A stretch of DNA of 64,000 bases, from the NCBI GenBank assembly GCA_977016875.1, contig CDRNST010000188.1, positions 2,604,001 through 2,668,000 on the forward strand. The letters run 5' to 3'. This stretch comes from Pavona decussata. Taxonomy: Eukaryota. A model generated the notes under the pieces. The model saw nothing but the letters and a program-made list of their open reading frames with translations, did not search any database and was not told the DNA's origin. The position numbers were made by a program, and so were the translations under genes. Position 1 is the stretch's first letter; the number at the start of each line of letters is the position of its first letter. Below, piece after piece: positions 25,201 through 37,560 of the stretch.

Positions 25201-28200
25201 TTTTTTTTTTTGCAAGGAGGGAGGGGGAAGCGCTGCGCTGGACATCATGCTCCTAGATTCGAACTTCGAACGGTTTCCCTTTTTTCAGTAACAATGGGCT
25301 ATTTTCTTGGGATCTCCTATGCTAGTATATAGCCTAATCTGAATATGTAATCAAGAGTTTCTTTCACAAAGGTAAACTCTCAATAATTTACGATGCATAT
25401 ATCTGATGACTAATTTGCCGTGCAAACTGATCACACCAATATATCTATCTAAAAATTCATTTTTCATGCAAACTTTTTCGTCAACAGAGATGGTCTGGAA
25501 GTTGCTGTGGCCTACTTTCGAGCAGGCTTTGCGCCAAAACACTTCCCAACGGAAAAGGTAGGTCAGATGAGCATGACTAGAAATGATTCTCTTTTTGCCA
25601 TAAACACAAATTATTTTTCTCTATGCAGTTTTCAGTGGTGGTTCATCTAATTGCCATTATGTAATAAGCTGAATTCTACACGTATTTTGATTGGTACTTA
25701 CTTATGATCTATTGGAGGACAGACGCATAGATGACGTCACCATACAAAACTTTTGCTTCTTTATTATATAAAACAAATAGATTCCATGTTGCCGTGAGTC
25801 TGTTCAGTAATAGATCACAGAAGGCGTCAAAATGTGGTAAAAACATCAGTGACACACGAGGCGCAATTTTTGTGTTCTTACATGTATTTGTTTTAGGTAT
25901 GTTTACATTTAAGTTCACGACAAGCGTGCCAACTATGGACTCATAAAATCGCAAAATCGCAATTTTTTTCTTTCAAATGTCGTTTAGGAAAGTTTTGACA
26001 CTTTTCCTTCTGCAATAGGAATGGTCAGCTCGTTTAACACTAGAGTTATCCCGTTGCATTAAATGCCCAACAGTGGCGCATCAATTGGTGGGAACAAAGA
26101 AGATGCAGCAAGTGTTAGCTGGTCCTGGAATTTTGGAAAGGTATGACTAAATAAACGAATTCTGTCCAGCAAGCAAGCAATTACGTTTTTGTACTACATT
26201 TCCGTGAAATTCCCAAGGATACATTTATGGAAGCTGATGAAGGAATAGGCCATTTCACAATTGTGTGCTAAGTGACCTGGCCTTGGATTGTAAGCGAGGC
26301 TGGCGGTGACCTTGTTTTGATACAAACCTCACTACTTTTCATATGTTAAACTAGTTAGCATAAAAACGGCGTGATCTACACGTGGAAACCGGTGTGTTTG
26401 TATCAAAACAAAGTCACGTGCAGTCTTGTTTACAATCCAAGGCCAGGTCACTTAGCACACAACTGTAAAATGGGCTATTTTATATCATTCATGAATAGTT
26501 TTCTTTTGTATTTGTAGCGGTTTGAACTCAATTGCTTAGTAGCCAGTATCTTTGTATAAACCAGGTGATATTTCATTTTCCAGGTTCCTTCCCGACAAAG
26601 ATTCAGTGGACAGAGTTAGAAAAACTTTTACTGGACTGTATACTCTCGACCTGGTAATTATGGCAATAACTAGTGAGAGCGGTTTTCAATTGTAAGGCAA
26701 AAGTAATTAACGTACGTTCCCTTTGGTTTAAATTAAAGCTTTGCTTTTTTGGCTAAAATAAGCTAAAAACAAAAACACAAAAAATTCGCGCTACTTTCTA
26801 AAGCAAGGGGAGGCAAAACCAATCGTCCAATCCTGACTTACTCGCGCTCAATTCCCCTCACTTGACGCTGGCTACGTGTATTCCTTCGAGTTCTGATTGG
26901 TTCATTGCAATGTTTGCATCTTTTGCGATTGAACAGAGTTAGAGAGTTAGTATTTCTTTTTTTTTTTTTTTTCGGTCTTCGTTTCACGCCACTCAATTGT
27001 AAATCGCTCGAACTCTGGTGAAGTTTTAAAGTGGCTGGATAGAAATATATAACGTCAAGCAGTTTCTTGTCTTAGGAAACACACCGGCAAAATTACGCGA
27101 TCAGCCCTGTACCTCTTCCAATCTTTTTAGATCTTCAATTTTCTGAATTGATCGGCAGATCGAAAAGGAGTCCAACTTACCACCCTGTAGACCCAGAATC
27201 CCCCACTAGAGTAGTATATGTAAATGTTTACGCCCCTGGATGAATACCTTAGAGCGTGTACCTTTAACAGGTTGAACTTCAAAATGTAGGCCGAGGACGC
27301 TTTTGCTACATTTATACATTTTCATGGGAGTTCCCCTCCAAGGGATTTTCTTATCAATTTATACGGTCCTTGCTGTCAACAGCCACTTTCTTGACTCAAG
27401 CGACCAGCACACTACAGAAAGGTTGACATGGAGATGATGACTTTTCTACGCTTCAGAGGGAAGCTTCGTGTAAAACAAGGTCAGAGACTGTGGTCTCTTT
27501 CGCGAGATGCCCAATGATACCGTCCAAGAGGGATGATAAACTTGCCACGAGCGACACCTCATACTTTAAAGAGTTGTTGTTGGCTTTCTAGGGGAAGGGG
27601 AAGGAAGGGGGGGGGGGGGAGGGGTGGTTTCAATCCCTGCCCCAGCCCCCAAAAAAAGAAAATTGGTTACACGTCCAGATTGAAAGAAAACGCACACGGT
27701 CCCGGCCTGTGATGTTGGCAAGAAGCGCGAAGCGAAAATAACGAAGGTCTCTCTGGAAAAAAATCAACGCGGAAAATGTCTCGCACACAACAGGCACAAC
27801 AATGCTATTTACTCGGTCGTTCCTCTCGTAATACATTCATTTTTTAAGACCCCTTGTGAAATGGAGAACTCCGAGGACCGAAATTACACAGTACTTCATT
27901 AAAGTCGAGGACAATATCACTCAAAAACATCACAAAAACCACACAAGCTCACTAAAAGTGATCAAAATTGAACGAAAAACACCAGACGACTGCGTCTTGC
28001 ACACCTGCTGGTTGTCCCCTTGGCTAGCTTTTGATCCAGTCTCGATCACTCCCTTTCTTTAGTACTTGCTTGATGGTATGTAGATCATGAAATTAGTGAC
28101 GATCACTGAGAAAATGCCGTGAAATAATCTTAATCCTGTTGATTGAAGGGGCCAGAAGGAGACCACAACATGAAATGCTGCCTTAAAAGGGTAGACAAAT

Positions 28201-29589
28201 GCGTGCTGAAGCCTCAGAGAGAAGGCGGAGGTAAGAATCATCTTTAGAGAGATTTAGCATCGCGTTTACGTGAAACGACAAGCATCATCTTGCCGTTTCA
28301 CGTTTCATGTAAAATAGCGTGAACCTTTTGACTTTAGATGTAATATATCAAACACGAGGAAGAGTGTTTCATCCGATATCCAAACACCGAGAAGTAGGTT
28401 GGAAAAACGAGGCGCAGCCGAGTTTTTTTAACCAACTTCAAGGTGTTTGGAAATAGGAGGAAACACTCTTTCTAGTGTTTGATATAGCTTTTCAAACTAT
28501 TAATAATTCTTGGAGAAATTCGAAGCAAAAGTTCACCAAATTTTATGATGATTAAGATCACATTTCCAAACCTCCTTCACGGTAGTGATTTGCCTTGTTT
28601 TGTCTTAACTCCAGAATCTTATTTAGGCAAAAAGTCAACGAACATTTTTATTTGTAATTTTTTATAGTAGCGCTTTTTACTGCTGTGTTTTCTGCTTGCA
28701 CACTTTACATTTTTAGTTTTTACAGGACCCCTTTGATAACAATACTGTTTGTACTGATGGGTTTATCATGCAAGAGTATTACATTTAGCTGTCGAAACAT
28801 TGAAAGCCGCGATTGAACAGACGAGTATAAACATCACAACCTCCGGCAAGAATTTTGATATTTTTATCACAGTGAGTTCAAAATTCCTTCAGTCATTGAA
28901 ATCTACGTTCTATTTACTTTTAAATCACGTATGTAGTTAAGAGATTCGTTCGATGAAACGCGAGAAATAAATCTTTTTTCATGCAAGAGTCTTACATTTA
29001 GCTGTCAAAACCGCGATTGAACAGACGAGTATAAACATCACAACCTTGGCACGAGTTTTGATATTTTTATCCCACTGAGTTCAAATCCCTTTGGTCATTG
29101 AAATCTACATTTAGCTTTCTAATCACGCATGTAGCCAAGAGATTCTTTAAAAAAAAGGCGAGAAACAAATCTTAGCTTTTATATGCAAGAGTGTTACATT
29201 ATATTTGAATTGAAGCCGCGATTGAACAGACGAGTATAAAGATCACAACTGCGGCACGAACATTTTGATATTTTTGTCACAGTGACTTTAAAATCTCTTC
29301 GGACATTCAAATCTACATTCTATTAGCTTTCAAATCACGTGTATTTCTTAGAGATTCGTTGGAAGTAACGCGAGAAAAAAATTCTTTTATGGAAGTGTAT
29401 GATTGTGATTAGCCGTTGTGAAATTAAAAACGGTGAAAGACACGTAACGCGCGAGGTAACATTATCCGTGAGAAAATCGATACCGCCTAAAAATAACTTC
29501 AGAGGGATTACGATGGGAATAGGGCCTATATGGGGGATTACCTCTCTTACCTTCATCCTCTCTTGGTTTATCCTGTTTAAATATTCGTC

Positions 29590-29645
<56 letters not shown>

Positions 29646-30060
29646 CTTGGATTAGAACATTGCTTTCTTTTGAGATTTTAAAGTCGGTACACACATGCGT
29701 ACGAGGCTCCAGGACACCTTTTCACAAAATTCCATTTGGGGATTTCATTGATGACTGCCGCTTAAACGCTAGCCAAGCGTGTCTCCGCTAATTTTAGAAA
29801 GTGAATGATGGCGTGACGTTGTAAATTAGTATTTTAGGATCTTTTTAACAACTTTTTTATTTCATCAAAATTTTAGTCTTACTATTGTTAAAAAATTGTG
29901 CTTGAAAATAGCTCTGTTGTACTTGGAAATAGTCGCTTTTTTTTTAATCGAAATGAATTTTAAATATTGAATTGTAAATAGGTTTTAATAGCTCTTTTTT
30001 TCTACTTTTAACTTGTAAATATCAATTTTGCTTGGAATATTATAATAAAGAAAGATTATA

Positions 30061-30102
<42 letters not shown>

Positions 30103-33100
30103 GAATTTTTAATGAGTTTGAGAATTAATTTTGAAAGTTTCGATGTAGTGAGTTCATGAAGAAAAGTGCGGTAAGGAGTGACTTATGAAGGACTTTTAAA
30201 CATGAAACTTAATTTGCCCTAGTATGACTTGCCGGAAAAATTATTGTTGTACTTGTTTTCAACAATAACTACTTATTTGTATAAGAAAAAAAAGGAAGAA
30301 ATACTTACGTAGTTGTCACGTAGATAGAAAACGCGAAATAGCCTGTTTTCACGCAGAAACGGCAACTGGCAACCAGCAAACGCGTAAAATAGCGGGAATA
30401 TCGTGGTCACGTGGTCATTTTTGCCGTTCGCGTTTCACGTATACGCGATCCTAAATCTCTGTATTCCCTAAGTTGCTCTCGATATTTCAATGCTCTATCG
30501 TTTTATACCCTTCTGGCAGCCTTTGCGAAGGTTTTGTAGGATACCCAACTACTACTAAAGAAAGGAATAGAACCTGCTAGGACTGGGCAGTACATATGGG
30601 TTAGAGACTGTTGAGAGTGTTTTGTTTACAAATACACGCACGCGCTGACCGTACAATGAACGAGGAATTTTCAATACTGCACGAGGCCTTCTTAGGCCGA
30701 GTGCAGTATTGAAAATTTCGAGTTCATTGTACAGTCAGCAAGTGCGTGTATTTGTAAACAAAACACGAACTAACAGTCTCTAACCCTTTTAATATACGAT
30801 CTGAGTTCACTGTACGCGATACACGTTAAAGGGAAAACATAAAACGATAACAATAATTATGACAAGACAATTTTAATAAATAAAAAATCCGAAAAATAAG
30901 TACAGGTTTATTTCAATGAAAAACAAATTACAATTCACAAATACCCTGTACACAAGCTTAGTTATGTTCAATAGCTATAAAAATTGGAAACTACAGTCGG
31001 CGAGAAGCCTGTTGACTGTTTAAAGCGATTGTCAATCCCTTTTCTTTGTGACGTTATACGTCTACGCAAAATTACAGTTTTCAAATTTTGCATCAGTTCC
31101 CAAAGTCGACAAATTTGGGCGAACTTGTAGTAGTTGCGAACATGTTTTGTACGTTATTTCATTTCTATTGCTGTGCTCTATCTGCTGTGTTGGTTTTGTC
31201 GCCAATACCGTCGAAGCAACTGGTGCCGCTAAAATTTCAGAACATTGTTTTTGTTGTTGTAGCGTTTGTCGTTCACAGTACACTTTTACGCTTCCCTCGT
31301 TTCTATGGCCGGACACTTGCATTATACGATGGACAGGAACTCCTGCTCTTAATCTAACAATGTCACTGAAGTCGCTCTTATACCATGGTTTGGATAAACT
31401 TGGCTTAGGTTTGCTACTATTGATATTTCTTTCATCATGTTTCCTAAACTGTTCACGCCGAGCGGCGCTCTGTCAAACCAGATTTCATCGCTAGCACAGA
31501 ATTTTCTTTTCGGCCTCTGAAACAGTGCCTTTTCACCTGGATTAAGAACCTGAATTAACTTTTTTAGGAACTGAACTCGACAGTTGGCTTCACCAGTAGA
31601 AAACATTTTAGGATCCGCTTCGTCGGCCTTGTCACTGAGCCCGCCAGGATGATTTTTAGTTTTTTATTGCTCGGCCATTTCAACATATTCAACTTCACTT
31701 GCGTCTTCCTTGGAAACAAAACTATTTTTTGTCAATCTTCGTTGGTTTTCTCGACCTCTTCCGAGAAATACAGGTTTATATTAAACCAATTCACCCTTAG
31801 TAACGAAAAAGGCGAATCGCCAGCGAAAACACCGCTTTCGATTCGAAGCATTTTTGTATGTCCTCGGGCTGAATGCTAACATGATGTTTGACTTTAGACG
31901 TACCACTTTCCCTTTCGTATTCAAGGACTTGTTTGCCGTTTTGAAAATCGGATATGTTATAATAGAAAATGTCTTTCCAACTGTTTCTGAAGTCAAGTAA
32001 CGGTTAATTCCCGCTCTTATTGCTACATGAGCTGAACGGCTGTAGTCCTTTCCTTCGTCTTGTTTTAGTTCTTGGTAAAACTTACTCAGTCGCTCGGCCA
32101 ATATTACTGCACTCAAGTTCTCCAACTCTCCAGACCGATATCTCAGTTGCAGCCATTCTAGATAGTCGCGAAAAGAAAAACAGTAATTTTACTACCAATT
32201 CATTCAGCTTTTTAAGGTTCTTTTTTAGAAGCTTACGCTTCAGAAAGCCCGAATGGCGAAATCACCTGTTTTTCGCAAACGACAAATAAGTTTTACAGAA
32301 AAGCACAGACAAAATTTCAGTTCTTTTGTTTCACTTTTACCTTTAAAAATGGGAACACTCCAGGCTGTTTGTCTCTTGGTGTTCGTTGAAATCGAGTCAC
32401 TGATGATTTGAGGGATTTCCTGTTCTCCAACCTGTGCAAACCTCGAAGCCATTTGCAATAACGCACGATTTTCATGAGTTATCGCCAACACTGCACTTTC
32501 TGAATGTGGTTTCGTGACGTAAATGAAAATCACGTGATCGATTTTAACCAATGGGCGCGCGCGTATTTTGATAGAGAACTCAGATCGTATAGTAATACAT
32601 GATAACGTGCGGATATTTTATAAAAACAATAAATTGGCATGCACACATTTTTTTATAATTCCAAATAGCAAATCTACTAAATTGATACAAATACGAGTTC
32701 CTCGCGATTTACACCTCAACAACTGTAACAAAAATATCAAACAGTAAATCTACTAAAGGATGTGCGGTACAAGTATGAGCTCCTCGCGGTTTGCACCTCA
32801 GAATAGCAATAAAATTAACTTCAAACAGTAAATCTACTGGGGGATACAAGCATGAGTTCCTCGCGATTTGCACGTCAGAATTACAATAACATTAACTTCA
32901 AACAGTAATTCACTGAATGATTTCTAGTATGAGCTCTTCGTGATTGGAAACTACAGTAGCTCCAATAATTTCAAACATTATATCTACTGAATGGATACAA
33001 TTATGAGTTCTTCGCCGTGGTTGTACCTCTCTCCTACTTAAGAAAGCCTAATTTTGCATAATCGAAACTTATATTTTTTGTAGTTTTAACTTGAACCATA

Positions 33101-34513
33101 AAATAAATCCTATATTGGCCAAGCTTGTTCAGGCTTGTAATCATGTGTATCATTCTTGCAAGTCAAACTGTTTCAGAGAACGTTAAAGAAGCCTGAACTA
33201 CATCGTTTCTCACACTCAAGCGTTAGGAAGTAACATCATTTTAATTTCTCAGGTTTTTTCGGACTAATTAAAATCTGGGCACGAGATAGCTCATCCTCTC
33301 TTGATCTGGGTCATTAGATAATGAAACTTCAAAGTTTTAATTGGCTCAGCGGCCATATGATATCAGCCATCACACCATGCCAGATTTTTCTTGCAAAATG
33401 ACATTCCGTATAATTAATTGAAAAAAGTTATTTTACTCGCGGAATATTTTTTACTGCAGGTAATAACATTTATGGGGAAGACATTCGTCACACGTTACTT
33501 GGCAACCCCGAGAGCAGATCACAGTACATACTAATGGATCGTATCCAGCCCGAAATCTCCAAAAATTTTATGGTGCGTCAAGAACTCACAAATATCCAAT
33601 CCAGTGACGTCATTCCTGAGCTTGGAATTGTGGGTATTTTTATCAGGTAAGCCTGCCGGTGTGGCAGGAAATGGGTTTTTAAGCGATAAGCCCTGTGGGA
33701 AACAGGTTATTTTGTCTTCTCGAATCTCGCTGCTTCCTGCGGGGCCAGTAATCCCAACTCAAATATGAATGAACAACAACAACAACAACAACATGCGTGT
33801 TGTCGTGGCATTGAATAAAACAGAAAAAACCTCGCTGCTTCGTTTGGTTAGCCCAAATTTTAAAGTTTAATGATCTAACCATTTGCGAGTCTGAAGTTTA
33901 AGTTGTTTTTCCCGTAGGGGGTTCCCCTTGGGAGTTTTGTTCTCACTGTTGAATCCGAAACAAAAACGAATATTTAAGTTTTTTTCCATGTTCTTTGGGG
34001 TTTCTAAAAACGTGCTATTCGTGTCCATTGAATTCCGATTTAACACAAAATAAGCGTACGGGTTCTTTAGCATTTTCGTTTTCAACGATCAAGCTTCCTT
34101 CAGAACACTCGCACGCGCAGTTTGTAGGTTTCCGGATGTCAGCAATGTCACGTTTCATGGTGACTTACGTTTCTGGTTGGTTTGTCGTTACTAACTCAAA
34201 TGGCTTATTTTGCACAATGTTTGCACTTCTTTTAGAAAGGTGATCATGATTATGAAAACTTTTATCAATACAGGAGCACCAGTTGCAATTGTAGAGAGCA
34301 AAATCGCGACCTTTTTCCAATGGAGTGAACATACATCCCATGATCTCTCCTTTTCTTTAATATTCTAAGAGTACATCTTTGATTTTCAGCCGTGGAGATG
34401 AAGTGCTGCTGAACAAAGAGGGAGGTTACCTAGTGAGGACAAAGACAACTGAGCATGCGGACGGAGGAGTGTTTGCTGGTAGAGCTGCTTTCGACAGTCC
34501 ATATATGGTATGA
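19247..34513 (+). CDS. GSS: Glutathione synthetase-like protein, copy B (complete, 13 coding exons, 481 aa)
   Basis: Exons 19247-19509, 21780-21855, 22658-22836, 23363-23399, 23521-23594, 23685-23765, 24666-24746, 25488-25557, 26019-26140, 26584-26653, 28149-28230, 33460-33646 and 34390-34513 sum to 1446 nt and are open throughout. Contains [42 protein letters not shown] and [11 protein letters not shown]. Confidence 0.95.
21380..21700 (-). mobile_element. LINE reverse-transcriptase fragment in GSS-B intron 1
   Basis: YRPISLLS...[15 protein letters not shown]. Confidence 0.8.
24162..24246. mobile_element. Short palindromic MITE
   Basis: tagcctcccacgc..cgtttttaggggactcgtat / atacgagtcccctaaaaacg..gcgtgagaggcta. 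Confidence 0.75.
26245..26478. mobile_element. Palindromic MITE (about 230 bp)
   Basis: ataggccatttcacaattgtgtgctaagtgacctggccttggattgtaa ... ttacaatccaaggccaggtcacttagcacacaactgtaaaatgggctat. A remnant lies near 47820-47910. Confidence 0.85.
28344..30121. mobile_element. Non-autonomous hairpin element, interrupted; architecture like the Crypton-type element
   Basis: Hairpin 28344-28486 with loop gaggcgcagccgag. The adjacent tcaaactattaataattc (28492-28509) is inverted relative to gaatttttaatgagtttga (30103-30121). Confidence 0.6.
28768..29392. repeat. Tandem repeat, 3 x about 205 bp
   Basis: atgcaagagt.ttacatt at 28768, 28981 and 29183, each followed by ccgcgattgaacagacgagtataaa. Confidence 0.9.
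30598..32591 (-). mobile_element. Crypton-type (DUF3504/ZMYM-KCTD1-like) tyrosine-recombinase DNA transposon, frameshifted
   Basis: Fragments [17 protein letters not shown] (ATG 32452), [36 protein letters not shown]...PLGVNSL..MMKEIS...NHGIRAT (HxxR) and [12 protein letters not shown] (catalytic H and Y). A 16-bp inverted repeat at 30793-30808/32576-32591 and a terminal hairpin at 30598-30786. Confidence 0.85.
32665..33015. repeat. Diverged minisatellite of about 75 bp (about 5 copies)
   Basis: aaatctact...atgagttcctcgcgatttgcac recurs. Confidence 0.75.
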
Positions 34514-34743
34514 CGCGGTTGTATAACCCACCTTTTGGCCACGTTTGCCTGAAATATCAGGATATCAGCCCATACTTGACATCACAATCACTTCTTTACA
34601 ATATTTCACGTACAATAGATTGATAGAGCCTAGAAAACGTCATCAGATGACAATATCTTATTTTTTTCTTCAGACTGATGTAGAGCCAATGTAAGTTAAG
34701 AACGCGTCTGGAACTTAAGTCTGGTATCGTCATAGTTATAATG

Positions 34744-35030
34744 ATAGAGCGGTTTCTTATTGGGTGTCGTAAAACGAAAACCAAAGTAATTACTCTGGCC
34801 AATCGCAGCGGATGCAACCAACACAACGAGCCAATCAGAATTCGAAGCAAATACGTGTAACTGGCGCCAAGCGAGGAAAACGCGTGCGGCAAAAACACGA
34901 TTGGTTTTGGTTTGCATTCCTATTAGTTGAGAAAGTGGCGCGGGTTTCGTCAACCAATCACAGAGCGTAGTAATGCAAAACCAAAGCAAACGAGAAAGTA
35001 CTTTCGTCACTCAACTGAAAACTGTTCTAT
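34744..35030. mobile_element. MITE family of about 290 bp (TIR atagagcggttt / aaaccgctctat)
   Basis: Homologous copies at 1-176, 26675-27010 and 56465-56906 share gccaatcagaattcgaagcaaatac. Confidence 0.8.
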
Positions 35031-37560
35031 AGTCAGCCAACAGCTGTTTATTAATTTAGAGGTGTTTAATTTCAATGATTTACAACATGATCTTCAACTT
35101 TGGCTAAAAGCAATTCAAGCTCTAGCTAGTTAAATGACAGTAAGACACTGAAAACTGTTCTATCCATCGAAATGTTTGCAGGTGATTTGGAAATTGTAAA
35201 CATTTGAAGAACTATATCTGCACTTAAATAAAAGTGGAAACGTGTACTCAGCATAAACCTTTGAATAAAACCATTGCAATATAATTGGATTAAGATAATT
35301 GACCTACACTTTTTTTTTTTGACCTTGAGACGACAAACTTTCTGTTGTTTTGTTTTGTTTTGGTTGTGGTGTTTTCTTTCTTTTTTTTTTTTAGCTCCTG
35401 AGCCTAACGTGGGGTGGGGGTGACGGGGAGCGAGAGTTTCACTATGAAACCCAGCGGGCAAATGGTACGTCCGATGTTACATGGATTGGCGTCATTAATT
35501 ATTGACTTTCGCCGTCTTGGAGTTCTCAATTCCTGTAAAGGCGGCTTCACAAGGCGACAAACACGAATTGAAAAGTCTTAGTTGGGAAACTCCTGCTTTC
35601 GCATATTGCAACATGGCATTTCATTCGAGCGTCTTGTCGCAAGGCATGCACATGTAAAATAATCAACATTTGGGGACGTAAAGATGAGGTCAATCAGATC
35701 AGCTGTTATGACTTCCCCCGCTTTCTTTCCTGACGCTTTGAAGAATTACTTTTTACCACTCGATTTCTTACTTTTCTTTTCGCATGACTTGTTCATCTCA
35801 AGTAGTTTAAGACCTGGGTTAAGGCCGGGGAAAAATGGTTTATTCAAGATATCGTTAACCCTATGTAGACCAGACTTTTTTGGCTTTTAGGGCCCAGGGG
35901 AGGGGGCGTTCGCCTCTCCCCTCAGAAACTTCGTGAGTATAAAAGGTATGACAATGAGAATTAGTGGATAGAGAGAACTTTGAATGGTGTTTCATTTCTG
36001 GTCCACAATGGGAAGTGATGCGGCCATCTTGTATCCGCCATCTTGGATTTCTTGATTTCTCTCAAACCTCAGAAAACTACTGGAATGGACCGAAATGCAA
36101 TCAAAATGAAACGAAAAAAAAGGAAATGATATAAAACATGAAATTCACTTTACTTCAATTTAATTTCATCTATTCTAACCCTTACCTTTACCTACCAGAC
36201 CAAATTGTTTCCAGTCAAGTGTCTGAAAGGTCACGAAGTTTCGTGACATAACACAAATTAAAGGGTTAACAACGCGAATAACATTGAATCAAAAATTGTT
36301 GGATAGAAAGGTCTCGTGATCCTTAATATTTCTAAGCACAATAATCTTTCAAGTCACATACGAGGTGATCGTTTTCCTGGAAACAGCAAATATTTGACGA
36401 TTTCTCGAAAAACATCAAACAAATACGCTTTCCTAATGAAGATTAAATATCCCAACTCCTTCACGACTAATTGTCCACTGTTCCCTTAAAATAATTTATT
36501 AGGACAAAAGTCATTTCTCAGTCCATGGTGCTTTAAAAGCATTATCATTTAAAAGCAAGACGCCTGGAGGTGTTTGCGCAGGATGTTTTGGTACTCGGTC
36601 GATGTAAGCATTAGCTTTTATAATTTCAATGGCTATCCACAGTCACAATCTGTTTAAACGTGCAAATATACAAAAATGCAATTGTAAACACCCATTTCAG
36701 TATTAAAAACAGTGTTACTTGTACTGCCTCCAAATAAATGGTAACAGAAAGGGGTTGGTAGAAAGAGTAACACTTCTTTACTGTTGCGTCAAATTGCACA
36801 AAAATGACTCACTCCGTTCTAATATACCCACTCGACTCAAGACCGCCAAAAGGACTCTTACTTTACATGCAGCTTTATATCACTGTCGGGGATAAACTAG
36901 TTATTGCTTTGTGGCTAAGTGCCAACGTATGAATATTTGAAGAGGAGAAACCACACAAACTAAACTCAACAAAATTATTTTCCAGCTATATAAATTGAAC
37001 AGTAACAACAACAAACTCAACTGATATAGCATGGACCATATTCATATCAAGTTTTGGCTGGAAAATTCCGTCGAGCCAGTGATGATTTGTGATCGCTTTG
37101 CGATGTCGTCGAAGCGTAATTTCTTCGCCGTGAATTCTTGAATCTCCGCTGTTCAATTTGTCGAGTACTCCTTAGAAGTAATTCTTTCGAATGGTTTGTT
37201 TTCTTTCTGAAAATGTCATATTAGAGGCTTGAAAATTTACTCGTAAACAAGAATGTCCGCCATTTTGATATTTATTTATGGACGTCTGGGCCATAGGTGA
37301 GACAAAAACTTTACTTTCTAGTCCCCACTAAGACCTACAGACGATAGATTCTGATTGATCAGTCTTTGTTTAAGACAATTGGAACAAACATATCTCTTCT
37401 GACTGGAGAAGAGGGTTTAGTCCAGGCTTTAGGAATAAATTCGTATCCAATTTTTGTCTTATATGAAAAATGAACACGACCGAAACCTCAATACTTTGTT
37501 TAAAAAAGAAACGGTGTAGTCTTACTTAGAAGCCAGCCACCCCCCTCCCCCCCCTCCCTT

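Larger units (their letters stand above)
28245..30463. mobile_element. TIR element hosting nested insertions in GSS-B intron 11
   Basis: tagagagatttagcatcgcgtttacgtgaaacg ... cgtttcacgtatacgcgatcctaaatctctgta. A similar type of element lies at 43958-44410. Confidence 0.7.

Noticed and set aside
313-26653. GSS A and B as uncollapsed alleles across the N gap
   Set aside because: 10 of 70 synonymous differences in exon 10, coding indels and largely unalignable introns exceed allelic divergence. Only the relative orientation depends on the gap.
29335-29791. Poly-Ile membrane protein ORFs
   Set aside because: They arise from an (ATT)n microsatellite.
31048-31494. 148-aa + strand ORF
   Set aside because: It is the antisense shadow of the Crypton recombinase frame.
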